Source of the DNA: Octopus vulgaris
Taxonomy: Eukaryota
Assembly (NCBI GenBank): GCA_951406725.2
Contig: OX597815.1
Location: 35,670,001-35,732,000, forward strand
DNA length: 62,000 bases
Reading direction: 5' to 3'
Part shown: positions 14,237-26,642 of the stretch, piece after piece
Layout: each line of letters begins with the position of its first letter
Numbering within the stretch: the first letter of the stretch is position 1
Notes under the pieces: generated by a model
The model's input: the letters and a program-made list of their open reading frames with translations, nothing else
What the model was told of the DNA's origin: nothing
Database searches by the model: none
Program-made: the position numbers and the translations under genes

Positions 14237-14431
14237 ATATATATACATATATATAATAATAATATTAGGGAGTAAATCCAAACTTACATGGAAAAATTAG
14301 ATTTAGGATTAAAGTTTATATATTCCGTGTATTCTAAATGTATCTTAATGAAAACGTTATTGTCTTTTGTACACCCTAATGATTTTGCATGCAAAGTATT
14401 TAATATGCAAAATTATATACTCACTTTTAGA

Positions 14432-14903
<472 letters not shown>

Positions 14904-15146
14904 TTATATATATTTCGAAATTTTTATTTTGTTTGTGAAATGGAACAATTGTTGGTGAATATATTGTTTAATTCATAAATTAATTTGTATCCATTAGATC
15001 TGTTTTCAAACTCGATAATAATGTTTGATATTTTACCATATTTTATATAATATATTCATTGAAAAGAATGTCTTCAAAATTCAGTATATTAAACAAATGT
15101 ATCTTGGATAAATATCCCTAAATAGCCTCACTGTGACTATATATAC

Positions 15147-15219
<73 letters not shown>

Positions 15220-15220
15220 C

Positions 15221-15305
<85 letters not shown>

Positions 15306-15310
<5 letters not shown>

Positions 15311-15470
15311 TTTAAGCAGCAGAAAATTCAACAAAATCTGTTACTCTGAGTTTCTCGTTGAGTAACAGATTTTGTTGAATTTTCTGCTGCTTAAAATAAA
15401 GCATATTACTCTACCACTGGTATTTGAGTACTCTTTTTTCCACCTTGTTTCACATTTATGTGTTTACTCC

Positions 15471-15475
<5 letters not shown>
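15306..15475. repeat. Short (TA)n-embedded element with perfect 41-bp inverted repeat
   Basis: 15306-15346 is the exact reverse complement of 15360-15400, with a 13-nt spacer. Confidence 0.9.
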
Positions 15476-15510
<35 letters not shown>

Positions 15511-15582
15511 GTATATATATATGTATATATATATATATATGTATATATATGTATATAGATATATATATATATATATATATAT

Positions 15583-18500
15583 ATACTTTGATACTTTGAT
15601 ACTTTGATAGGTTTCGGCCATTATTGGCCCAGGCCATGTCTAACTTAATAGCACCACCTGGTGAAGTCTTTCAAGTCAGAATTTGGGCACTATGGCCCAC
15701 TCAAGTAGAGAGTTATTGTTTGCAGAGACATATCCGGGTGTAGGGGGTTTATCCGGGATTTCTTGAAAGAATCTGTCCAAAGACTTCTTGAACCCTATAG
15801 GGTCAGTTTCTGTTTTAATGTGTTTTGGTGTAATGTTAAAGAGAGCGGGGCCAATTGAGGTGAAATAATTGTGCCGTATTGTTGTTATGAGATGAGAGTG
15901 CGATTTTTGTTTTGGGCGGATGGCACGGGGCCCAAGCCTTGGATGTACCTTAAAGGTGATGCCAACATCATTTGGGCAATGCTGATGGAATATTTTCCAC
16001 ATCATGCAGATGATGTAGCGCTCACGACGACGTTGGAGAGAATAGAGTTTTAGCTTTTCTAGTCGACCCCAATAGTCGAGGCCTGTCATGCCATCTATCT
16101 TTTTTGTGATTGCCCTTTGAGGTGCTTCAACTTTTATGATACCTTGTATTGTGTGGGGAGACCACAGTGGACAACAGTATTCAAGGTGGGGTCGGACAAA
16201 AGTGGAGAAGAGAAGGATAATGGTGTGGATATCTCTCGACTGGAAAGTTCTGAGAATCCAGGAACACATTCTGCGGGCCATGTCAACTTTGGTGTTTATA
16301 TGAGTGGCCCAGCTTACGTTGTTGTCCACAATTACTCCCAAGTCTCTGATGTTGTTGGACGCCGCGAGAGTTTCACCTGAAGGAAGGGAGTATGGGAGTT
16401 TCAGGGCATCCTCTTTTCCAAAGTGGATTAGCTCAAATTTATCCTCGTTCAGCAGCATATTGTTTTTTTCTGCCCATTGGATAACAGCCAGTAGATCTGA
16501 CTGAAGGCATGTCCGGTCACCCGCCTCATTTATGACCTTCTGTAGCTTGGAGTCATCTGCAAAGATTTTTATGTTGCTGTGCTTGATGATGTCATTAATG
16601 TCATTAATGTAAATGATGAAAAGAAGTGGGCCCAGCACAGTGCCTTGCGGAACGCCACTACTGACTTTGGCTGGGCTTGATTTTACCCCTTCAACTACAA
16701 CATGTTGAGATCTGTCTGTCAGGAAACACTTAATCCATTTCAGTAACTTTCCAGAGACACCAATGTTGGATAGTTTTTTCAATAGGATCTTGTGATCGAC
16801 CCTGTCGAAGGCCTTACTGAAATCAAGGTAGATGACATCGGTGTTGGAGCCCTCTCCCAAAGCTCTCAAAATGTCCTCAAAGTGATGCAGGAGCTGCGTT
16901 AGGCAGTCCCTTCCATTACGGAACCCATGTTGGTTGGAGATCAGCCGTCTGTTGCTTTCCAGAAATTGGGTTATTCGAGATCTCACCACCCTCTCAAATA
17001 CCTTGATGATATGAGAGGTGAGTGAGATCGGACGGTAATTCACTGCAAGGGACTTGTTTCCCTTTTTGAAAACTGGGACAACAGACTGGGACAGAAGGTT
17101 TTTTGGAATATAGCCAGCATCCAGTGAGTTTCTCCACAGATTAGCAAGGGGAGATGCAAGTTGGTGTCGACACACCTTCAGGACACAAGCAGGGAACCTA
17201 TCGGGGCCTACTGCTGAATTGTGTTTTATTTCGTTTATCGCCGCTAAGACATCAGGGGCACTAAATGTTATGTCCGATATAGTGTGTTGGGGGTTGACAT
17301 CACTGATACAGCCCAGATCGGCCATATCAGGATTGCTGAAAACAGAGCAGTATTGTTTCTGCAGTATCTCGGCCATGGATTTGGCATTATCTTGGAGAGT
17401 GCCAGTTTCGTCAATTAGAGGGCCTACAGTGGAGACAGTGACCCTGCGTTTCCTCGCAAATGAAAAGAACACTTTGGGGTTGAGTTTGATTTTTTCAATG
17501 GCCCACTTCTCCTCAGCTGATCTTTGGTTATTGATGAGGGTCTTCATGCATTGTTGGAGGTTATATTTTTTGGATTCAAGCAGTGCGATAGCCGTCGAAT
17601 GTGTGTGCTGCTGTTGGCAGTACTTTAGTTTGTTAATTTTTTTGTTTGTTCTTTTTATTTTTCTGATAATGGTTTTTCTGTTTTGGGGGATTCTGCACTT
17701 TTTGTTCACAGGTCTTGGTGGGGAGTGTTTTGCACATATGTCTGTGACGGTGTCTACAAAGATCTGCCAAGATGTTTTATGGTTGGTGGAGATGTGTGTA
17801 TGTGTAAAGGACCAGTCAACATTTGATAGCTCGTTCCTGATTGCATCCCAGTTGGCTTTATGGAGATCCATGTTGTCAAATGGGTGGGCTGGAGGAAGGT
17901 CACTAGGATTAGCTTTCGGCTGGTGGAATTTCATGTTACAGAGAACCATGTCATGGTCTGAAAGAAGGGTTTTTTCCACTGTAACGTTATGTATAGTGTT
18001 AGTGTGGTTACTAAACACTAGGTCCAAAATGTTCTGATGTCTTGTTGGTGCAAGGACAAGTTGGGACAAGAAAAACTCATTCGTAAAGTCGAAAAGTGAC
18101 TCTGCTGCTTCTTTGTCAGCGGTTGAGGCGGGAGTGCTTGGTTTCAAACAGTTTGTAGTCCAGTCAACACAGGGTAGATTGAAGTCTCCCATCATGAGTA
18201 TGTTGCTAGAATGGCACTGTTGAATAAAGCACTTAATGCTGTTGAGGCATTCTTTAAAGCACAGTATGGGTGTTTGGGGCGGCCTATAGAGCCCAATTAC
18301 TGTCAGGTCATTGGCTTTGTTGTGCACGGTGACTGATTCACAGTAGCCGTTGGAGAATATACTATTTCCATCTGCCGTAAATGAATCATGCAGGAAAATG
18401 GCAGTTCCACCCTTCCTCCTGCCGATACGATCCGCGCGGATGGTTGTGAAATTCTTCACTCTCACTTCGGCTTCCAAGTGGGAGTTGTCAAGGTGGGTCT

Positions 18501-18905
18501 CAGTGAGAATGAAGAAAGGGATGTGGTGTGAATGGTTACCAACCCAGTCTTCAATGAATTGGACCTTCCATTTTTGTGCATTGATGGAAGGGCTGACACC
18601 TTGTGCATTGAGTAGGAATGTGGAGGTTAGTGTAGTGGCTGGTTTTGACTGTTGCAGGGGGCTTGGATTTTGTGTGTGTGTTAGTGGCAGCAATGTGGGG
18701 AATTGGTGCACTGGGGTAATAGCATAGGATGGTGTTGAGTGATGGCTAGAATGTTTTTGTGTATCTCTTTTGCCATGTTCAACATGGCTAAAAAGAATTT
18801 TCCTGCTTAGGGAGCAGTTTTTGGCTGGAGGTGTGGTTGCACTGTTGGATAGGGTTGTAGTTTCCACTTTTGTTGTTGTTGTTTTTGTGTCTTCCTGAAA
18901 AGACA
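15583..18905 (-). mobile_element. Young 5'-truncated CR1/L2-group LINE in a (TA)n tract
   Basis: Uninterrupted ORF2, short 3' UTR and (ATCAAAGT)3 tail (plus-strand ATACTTTG x3 at 15583-15606). Both ends abut (TA)n. Confidence 0.95.
15676..18900 (-). CDS. LINE ORF2p: APE endonuclease + reverse transcriptase, no internal stops
   Basis: APE motifs LNAQG, TETHL, GLYRPP, MGDFN, ILDLVF, LSDH. RT motifs [39 protein letters not shown]...W.P. The 'M' start in the ORF track lies inside the microsatellite. Confidence 0.93.
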   Translation of the reverse strand, partial: FQEDTKTTTTKVETTTLSNSATTPPAKNCSLSRKILFSHVEHGKRDTQKHSSHHSTPSYAITPVHQFPTLLPLTHTQNPSPLQQSKPATTLTSTFLLNAQGVSPSINAQKWKVQFIEDWVGNHSHHIPFFILTETHLDNSHLEAEVRVKNFTTIRADRIGRRKGGTAIFLHDSFTADGNSIFSNGYCESVTVHNKANDLTVIGLYRPPQTPILCFKECLNSIKCFIQQCHSSNILMMGDFNLPCVDWTTNCLKPSTPASTADKEAAESLFDFTNEFFLSQLVLAPTRHQNILDLVFSNHTNTIHNVTVEKTLLSDHDMVLCNMKFHQPKANPSDLPPAHPFDNMDLHKANWDAIRNELSNVDWSFTHTHISTNHKTSWQIFVDTVTDICAKHSPPRPVNKKCRIPQNRKTIIRKIKRTNKKINKLKYCQQQHTHSTAIALLESKKYNLQQCMKTLINNQRSAEEKWAIEKIKLNPKVFFSFARKRRVTVSTVGPLIDETGTLQDNAKSMAEILQKQYCSVFSNPDMADLGCISDVNPQHTISDITFSAPDVLAAINEIKHNSAVGPDRFPACVLKVCRHQLASPLANLWRNSLDAGYIPKNLLSQSVVPVFKKGNKSLAVNYRPISLTSHIIKVFERVVRSRITQFLESNRRLISNQHGFRNGRDCLTQLLHHFEDILRALGEGSNTDVIYLDFSKAFDRVDHKILLKKLSNIGVSGKLLKWIKCFLTDRSQHVVVEGVKSSPAKVSSGVPQGTVLGPLLFIIYINDINDIIKHSNIKIFADDSKLQKVINEAGDRTCLQSDLLAVIQWAEKNNMLLNEDKFELIHFGKEDALKLPYSLPSGETLAASNNIRDLGVIVDNNVSWATHINTKVDMARRMCSWILRTFQSRDIHTIILLFSTFVRPHLEYCCPLWSPHTIQGIIKVEAPQRAITKKIDGMTGLDYWGRLEKLKLYSLQRRRERYIICMMWKIFHQHCPNDVGITFKVHPRLGPRAIRPKQKSHSHLITTIRHNYFTSIGPALFNITPKHIKTETDPIGFKKSLDRFFQEIPDKPPTPGYVSANNNSLLEWAIVPKF

Positions 18906-19045
18906 CATATATATATACATATATATACATATACATATAAATATATATATATATACATACATATACATATATATACATATATATATATATATATATTGTA
19001 TACATATATATATATGTATATATATTATATATATATATATATATG

Positions 19046-19077
<32 letters not shown>

Positions 19078-19083
19078 TGTGTG

Positions 19084-19131
<48 letters not shown>

Positions 19132-19134
<3 letters not shown>

Positions 19135-19282
19135 GACGGGCTTCTTTCAGTTTCCGTCAACCAAATCGGTCGGCGCGAGGCTATAGTAGTAGACACTTGC
19201 CCAAGGTGCCACGCGGTGGGACTGAACACGGAACCATGTGGCTAGTAAGCAAGCTACTTACCACATAGCCACTCCTGCGCCT
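19132..19282 (-). mobile_element. SINE family A, 5' half ending at (TA)n
   Basis: ACGACGGGCTTCTTTCAG...CCACTCCTGCGCC. Confidence 0.85.
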
Positions 19283-19303
19283 TACCACACAACCACTCCT
19301 CTC

Positions 19304-19335
<32 letters not shown>

Positions 19336-19992
19336 TGTGTGTGTATGTGTGTGTGTGTATGTGTGTGTGTGTGTGTATTTCTATGTATGTATCTACATAT
19401 ATATATATGTATGTATGTATGTATGTATTATGTATGTATGTATGCATATGTGTATATGTGTCTATATATATATATATACATACACACATAAATACATACA
19501 TACATAATACTTACCTACATACATACGTACGTACGTACGTACGTACATACATACATACATAAATACATACATACATAAATACATACATACATACATACAT
19601 ACATACATACATACATACATACATACATACATACATACATACATACACACACTCATACCTCGGTATTACAGACCACCCTTTAACGAATTCCTGAAGCAGC
19701 GGACAAAAGCAAAGCGTATCAACAACGCCGCTTCACCATCCATGGGAAGTCTGATTTTAAATTAAAAATGTTGAATTTACTGTATTATAGTCTATATTTA
19801 CAGTGTACAGGTATTTTACATTGTCAGATTGGATAGCGTACTTGATTAAAAGTATAGTACTGTATTTATTCCTGTCTTTCGTAATGTGATTGTTGATATT
19901 AGCCACTCCTAACGTAACCTAACCGTAGTGTCGGTACCTACGGACAATCGGCTTCATCGGACCGGTGTTTCCCCCTTTTAATCCGTAGTACC

Positions 19993-20220
19993 TATTTCTT
20001 TACTACCCACAAGGGGCTAAACACAGACGGGACAAACAAGGACAGAAAAACAGATTAAGTCGATTACATCGATCCCAGTGCGTAACTGGTACTTATTTAA
20101 TCGAACCCGAAAGGATGAAAGGCAAAGTCGACCTCGGCGGAATTTGAACTCAGAACGTAACGGCAGACGAAATACCGCTAAACATTTCGCCCGGCGTGCT
20201 AACGTTTCTGCAATCTCGCC
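19993..20220 (-). mobile_element. SINE family B (B1 tail)
   Basis: TSD CCGTAGTACC at 19983-19992 and 20219-20228. Confidence 0.92.
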
Positions 20221-20384
20221 GTAGTACCGCGATATGAGTGTATATGTGTGTGTGTATGTATGTATGAATCCATATCGATATGCATATACATAGTATATAT
20301 GTATAAATACATTGGTCGATATTTACGAAGAAGGAAGCGAGTATTCAATATATTATAAAATATATTATATGTACAAAGCAACCA

Positions 20385-20585
20385 GCGGGCAGAATTGTTA
20401 GCACGCCGGGCATAATGCTTAGCGGCGTTTCATCCATCTTTATGTTGTGAGTGCAAATTCGGTTGAAGTCGGCTTTACCTTTAATCCTTTTGATGTCGAT
20501 AAAATAAGTTAAGCACCGGTGTTAATTTAATCAATTTGCTCCCTCTTGAAATTGCTAGTCTTGTGCCAAAATTTGAAACTAATAT

Positions 20586-20632
<47 letters not shown>

Positions 20633-20950
20633 CGTTGTTATTATGCAAAAGTGTTGTAAGTCCAAAGCATTGCTTTCCCAGAAAACGAAAAAATAGTTTT
20701 ACTATTCCATAGCAATACCTATTTTTTTACTACCCACAAGGGGATAAACACAGAGGGGACAAACAAGGACAGACAAACGGATTAAGTCGATTATATCGAC
20801 ACCAGTGCGTAACTGGTACTTATTTAATCGACCCCGAAAGGATGAAAGGCAAAGTCGAACTCGGCGGAATTTGAACTCAGAACGTAGCGGCAGACGAAAT
20901 ACCGGTAAGCATTTCGCCCGGCGTGCTAACGTTTCTGCCAGCTCACCGTT
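20385..20950. mobile_element. SINE B2 (+, about 20385-20585) and SINE B1 (-, about 20718-20950)
   Basis: Both match the family-B body GCCTTTCATCCTTTCGGGGTCGATAAA or its reverse complement, with different tails. Confidence 0.85.
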
Positions 20951-21136
20951 GTACTACACTTCGGCAATTTTTGATATCTTGGCATCTGAAGCAGCTGGAG
21001 TCATGATAGTCTGACCAAAAGAACCGGCTATTGTAAGCAAGAATAAATATTGAAAACAATGCATTTGGCGAAATTTGGACATACGACAGTTTCACATAAT
21101 AGCAACGATATATATGTGTGTGTGTAAGTATATGCT

Positions 21137-21213
<77 letters not shown>

Positions 21214-21920
21214 ATATATATGCATATATATGTGCGTGAGTGCGTCTATCTGTGCGTGTGTGTGTGTATGCGTGTGTGTTGAACGATGTGTAGAATATTT
21301 ATAATGCATATATCAACTTATAATTTCTAGTGCCTATATTTACATACATACATACACACATACATACATACATACATACATACATACATACATACATACA
21401 TACATACATACAAACAAAGTTAATACTCTGTGATATAAGGTAACGATATGATACCTGAGGTTTAGCCTTTCTGAAAGCAGACTATCCTTCAAGGAATGAA
21501 TTAAAAGAAAGAAACTTGCGCTGTGGCCTTAATGCCTTTTTCCATCACCCTATGCAGCCGTATATACGAAATCCCCATGTGAAGTAAATTTACGCAACGA
21601 AATCGAAGTAAAATTGCCGCGTTATTCGAAAACGGATATTCATTATTATTGATTGGATAGTAAAGTCGATGAAGTAATCAAAAATATTCGGTAATCTAGT
21701 TCAAGCGTTAGAATAACTAAAGTGTAAATAAATCCTTGACCGTATTCAATGAGCGGGTTTTTACACAAATATAACAGTACAGTTCTTAATACCTGTTCTG
21801 AAGGTAATATACCCGTGTAATTACATATCCGCATAAATTTTAATATTTGAATTCTTTCTGCTAGTAATAAATTCCTGTCGTCTCTGTTGTGTGTAATGTT
21901 TGTTGTTACGGCGCATTCAA

Positions 21921-22062
21921 TGACGTCAATTTGCGTTGGAGGTGCGGCTTCTTAATAAAAACGGAGGGGTGGAGCTTAGCCATATACGGCTGAAGTGGGA
22001 AATTAAACTGAAATGAGATCAGACAGCTATATAAGCTATCACGGCGTTACGAAACTTTATTC
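21921..22062 (+). promoter_or_regulatory. Candidate cAMP-responsive core promoter: CRE, CArG-like box, TATA, Inr
   Basis: TGACGTCA 21921-21928. CCATATACGG 21980-21989 (one mismatch to CC(A/T)6GG). TATATAAG 22028-22035. Inr-like TTATTC with its A at 22059, 31 nt after the TATA start. No ATG between 22059 and the ORF ATG. Confidence 0.65.
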
Positions 22063-22306
22063 TGAAACTTTGACACTCACCAACGAAGTACACAGTGAAA
22101 TAGTGAAATATCTGAAGTGAGAAACACTCGACTTATAAATTCAAATCGAGGAACTTTTTAAAACTAAACTAAACGAAAGAAGGTACAGTGAAATATTTAT
22201 TTGAACTTTCATCTAATTTCATACAGACTTCGCTCAGCAATATTGCATAATATCGTCGCTGCCCTGTGAATTTTCTTACCAAACAAATTATTTCTATTTC
22301 ATCAAC

Positions 22307-22933
22307 ATGCTTGATAACGAAGTATATTTGAAATACGGACCCTACCGTCGCATTCGCAGAAATGCTTTGGCCAATATAATGGAAGGGTTAAATCAAGAAG
22401 CCGTTAACTGGCTGTCGAAAAATATTGCACATCAGTCCAATTCGGTTGACCATCGATGTGAGAAATATACTGATGATGAAAGTAACGTTAGTGGTGATGA
22501 AGGCGACGATGAAAATGAGAATGATGATGACGACGACGATGACGATGCCGGAGGCGTTGAAACCGTCGAAGAAAAAAAAGATGGGAAATATCTGGCTATA
22601 GATGAAGAGAAATCCGTGTTAAATCAGGAAAATAATGAAGGCATTACCTGCCAGAACGATTCTGAATTAAACAAGGCGGATTGTTTCAGACGTCTGAGTT
22701 CACCTATGGAATGTCGATTCCAGTCGTCATTTGCGGCGATCCGGCGGAATGCTTTACACAATTTATTGGAAACATTAACACCAGCCGAAATCTCAACACT
22801 TGGCAAGTTGTATCAGTTGCAACATTCTGTGAAGGACTTAACTTTAGAACAAGAGCGATTCGATCACTTGGTGACACCTGTTCAATACCCATACATTGAG
22901 ACATATTTCGACAAATATTTAACCCAAGTATGA
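22307..22933 (+). CDS. Intronless 208-aa acidic protein with two PKI-like pseudosubstrate motifs (candidate tandem PKA inhibitor)
   Basis: Non-repeat ORF with CAACATG start context. Internal repeat IRRNAL.N..E.L (R17-L21 and R146-L150), Asp/Glu linker, RRLS, NES-like L168-L180, C-terminal TQV. That it is a real CDS is better supported than its function. Confidence 0.8.
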   Translation: MLDNEVYLKYGPYRRIRRNALANIMEGLNQEAVNWLSKNIAHQSNSVDHRCEKYTDDESNVSGDEGDDENENDDDDDDDDAGGVETVEEKKDGKYLAIDEEKSVLNQENNEGITCQNDSELNKADCFRRLSSPMECRFQSSFAAIRRNALHNLLETLTPAEISTLGKLYQLQHSVKDLTLEQERFDHLVTPVQYPYIETYFDKYLTQV

Positions 22934-23526
22934 TTGAAGATATTGCAACAAACGGAAGAGAAAATAAAATCATTTTAAATGTTTTAAAATGCCGAGAAAA
23001 AAAAACTGAAGCATGCGTTTCTATGAAAATTCCTTATCGGTCAAAATTTCTGAAATGAGCAGAAAGAAGAAAGAAATTATACCAAGTAGGGCGAAATGAG
23101 ATAGAACAGGATTTTGTCCATAGAAACAAAGCAACGAACAAACCTTTTTCACTAAAATCTCTGCTCATAAAAAGCAGACGACCGATTGAATGGGCTTACA
23201 GAAAATATGTATGGTGAGCAGAGATTGTGCATATGTTATGCATTTTGTGTTTTCTCAATTAGCATGCAGTTTTGTTTTGATTAATTTATATATTTTCTGC
23301 GTGCGAAATATTTGATGACTAACAATTTGTTAACGAGAAATAATGGATAAGAAGCATAAAATGTTTCGAAGTAAACTCTATATTGTTCAAAAGGAAAAAA
23401 GAAAAAAAAAACGAACAAAGAAAAGAAAATGGAAGAAAAAAGATCGACTAACCCGTATTGAATGAGAGACGAAAGAATTTCTTTTTGAATTTTTTTTTAA
23501 CTGGAATGCTTACATAATTCGTTCGC

Positions 23527-23829
23527 TTATTTATTTACCAAAAGACTCCGAAATATCGAGTAAGAAGATTACCTGTTAAAAACTGAACATTAGAGACAAG
23601 TGTGTTCTTCTGATACACACGCTTGCACACAAAACATTTGTAAACCAGACATGTGTATTGGAACTTACTTTTAAAAAGATACCAAAGCATAAACATTTTC
23701 TCCCGTTTGTGTATCATATCTGATATGTCATACAATGATATATATATATGTTATGTGCCACATAAAACAAAGTTTATTGTAACACTCACTCACACAAACG
23801 CACACACACATTAACTAAACATGAATAAA
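23527..23829 (+). promoter_or_regulatory. AU-rich element and candidate poly(A) signal of the 22307 gene
   Basis: TTATTTATTTA 23527-23537. AATAAA 23824-23829, and a proximal one at 22963-22968. Confidence 0.4.
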
Positions 23830-24076
23830 CAAGTCGCTCTCAGCCGAAGACAACTACTTACTTCAACAGGTAGTTATAATCAACATCATTCTCCCTCTCA
23901 CTCTCACTCTCTCTCTCTCCACTTATATTTTATTTATTTATTTATGTTATAAACATTATATCGCATTCGATGTAAATTTTGTCATCCCTTTATTATCATT
24001 TAAAACAAACACGTACATGAACAATATATATATACATACATATATACATATATATGTGTATGTATATATTATATAT

Positions 24077-24151
<75 letters not shown>

Positions 24152-24269
24152 TATATTATATTATATTATACATACATACATATATTCATACATTCATACA
24201 TACATTGTAATATTTAGGGATGATAATTCGTTTTAGTCGAAAATCTAACGTCATCTTCAGCCAGTATAT

Positions 24270-24300
<31 letters not shown>

Positions 24301-24438
24301 CATACATACATACACAGCATATTCATTTTTTTTTAAAGCTAGTTACTGACTCAGTGATTCGCCCGATGTTGTTCGAGCATTCGTATCGAGCGAGTCAACT
24401 GCTAAACAGCAACGGAGGGAATCACTATTTTCATACAA

Positions 24439-24540
<102 letters not shown>

Positions 24541-25715
24541 GTGTGTGTGTGTGTACAACAAATAGTTTAGAAACACTTCATTAAAACTTATTTATATTTT
24601 TGGTTCACTTTTTTTTTCATAACGCAAACTCCCATTTTTAACTGTGTAGTTTCATGTATCATCTGTATCAGCATATATATATATATATATACACGTATTT
24701 ATATGTATATATGTATGTACTGTATGTATTGTAAACTCAAATTAGACCCACAAAGTGTACTGGTGCCATATCCAGAACTGTGCTGATATCACACACACGG
24801 AAATCCTATACCATGGTGATAATAATATATATTTCTTAAAAGAAAACTGTCATGTACCCACTAATCATCACCTCATCATCAGGAAGTTTTACACTTAATA
24901 ACATTTTTACAATGAGGCTGTGCTTAATGTCTTAAAATAATGTCTTGGTTAAATCTGTTTTGTACAACAAACGACGAAATAAAACACATGGTTGATACGA
25001 ACTAAATTTATCGGTTTTTGTCATTTTTGTTGAACGAAATTTGCAATAGCTGTCTCTCGGAGTCCCCCACAACTCACAGGAAACGAAAAGAATAATTTTT
25101 ACTCCCTTCAGTATTGTTGTGGTCTCACACAACAGAAATTACGACACTGGAATTTTTTTCACCTAAAATCTCAATTTTTTTTTAATATACTTGTTTTCCC
25201 CTTCACCACCACTATTTCCGTACACTTTTCGTTACCCATCTGTATGAGGTTTCGAGAGACAGCTATTCCAAAGATCCAGCTTCCGTTATTGAATTTTTCT
25301 TTACAAAACATCGTAAAAAATAAAACATGTACCGACTAGAGGAATAAGGAATTTCAAGAAGTTTTGAAAACAATATATTCGATCTTCAGTAACTGACAAC
25401 ACACTTCAACAAAGAATTATTGCTGTTATGTGATTTACCAACCAGTTTATATGAGAAAATATCCCATTGTTCACGGAAACCCGTTACGAAGAAATTTTTC
25501 ACACGTGAAAACAGAATTTGGGGAGGTGAATAATTATAATTCTTTAAAATGTAGTTTATTTTCTTTTATTTTCCTGGTCAGGTATAAAAGCCACAGATGT
25601 ATTTCGAAAATCAGGGGTTTACTTACGTTATGTCTAAAGGGAGATGTTATGCGAATGACGTTACTGACCCACCAAGCAATACCATTTTTTTCTCTTTTAT
25701 TCCTTTACTTGTTTC

Positions 25716-25905
25716 TTTTATTCTTTTACCGGAGACCCGCCTTGAAGAGTATTAGTCGAAGAAATCGACCCCTGGACTTGTTCTTCGTAAGCCTTGTACT
25801 TATTCTATCGGTCTCTTTTGTCAAACCGCTATGTTACGGGGACGTAAACACACCAACCTCGATTATCAAGCGATGGTGTGAGGATAAACATAAACACAAA
25901 CACAT

Positions 25906-25937
<32 letters not shown>

Positions 25938-26145
25938 TTATATGAATATATATAGAGATATATATACATATATATATACATATACTCGATGGGTTTCTTT
26001 TAGTTTCTGTCTACCAAATCCATTCACAAGGCTTTAGTCGGCCCAAGGCTGTAGTAAAAGACACTTGCCCAATGTGCCACGCAGTGGGACTGAACCCGAA
26101 AACATATGGTTGGGAAGCAAGCTTCTAACCACACAGCCACACCTG
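25716..26145 (-). mobile_element. SINE family A, full length
   Basis: Family-A consensus with internal (CA)n(TA)n. Confidence 0.88.
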
Positions 26146-26605
26146 CAACACCAAACTTTTTTTCCCCGTGGCTCTGCGCTGAAATTAGCTTACGTGCAAA
26201 TTTGGTCTTTCTTTGCAAAGTATTTATGCAAGTATTTATGTGAGTAACCATTTTTAATTTAAAAGAAAAAATTCAATTTTACCTTGAAAACCCTGTGCGC
26301 GCACATTTTTTTAGCACATGTTGTAAAACACGTCCTGGGTATGTAAGATTGAGGTAGTGCTTAGCGTGGGAACTCGTGGGACAATAGGTGTGTCGAGAAA
26401 CGGAAAGACGAGTGAGTCAGGAGTCCTCAAGCAGAGGTGGCACGAACCCAAGAGCCCCGATGAGCAGATATTACTTTAGTAGCAGTCAAAAATGTGACTA
26501 AAGGCAACAAAATGTCTGTGGGAAAGAGACGATGGACGACTTCATCAAGTCACCCGAGGGTGTTCCATGTGTGAAAAAAACAACGATATTCTGTCACCCA
26601 TAGAT

Positions 26606-26639
<34 letters not shown>

Positions 26640-26642
<3 letters not shown>

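Noticed and set aside
22307-22933. Assigning a PKIA/PKIB/PKIG gene symbol
   Set aside because: Similarity is limited to short motifs, and length and tandem architecture differ. Orthology cannot be shown without a search.
25045-25267. 15-bp internal inverted repeat AATAGCTGTCTCTCG
   Set aside because: Probably the interior of an old non-autonomous DNA transposon. Termini and TSD not found, so it is not called as a feature.
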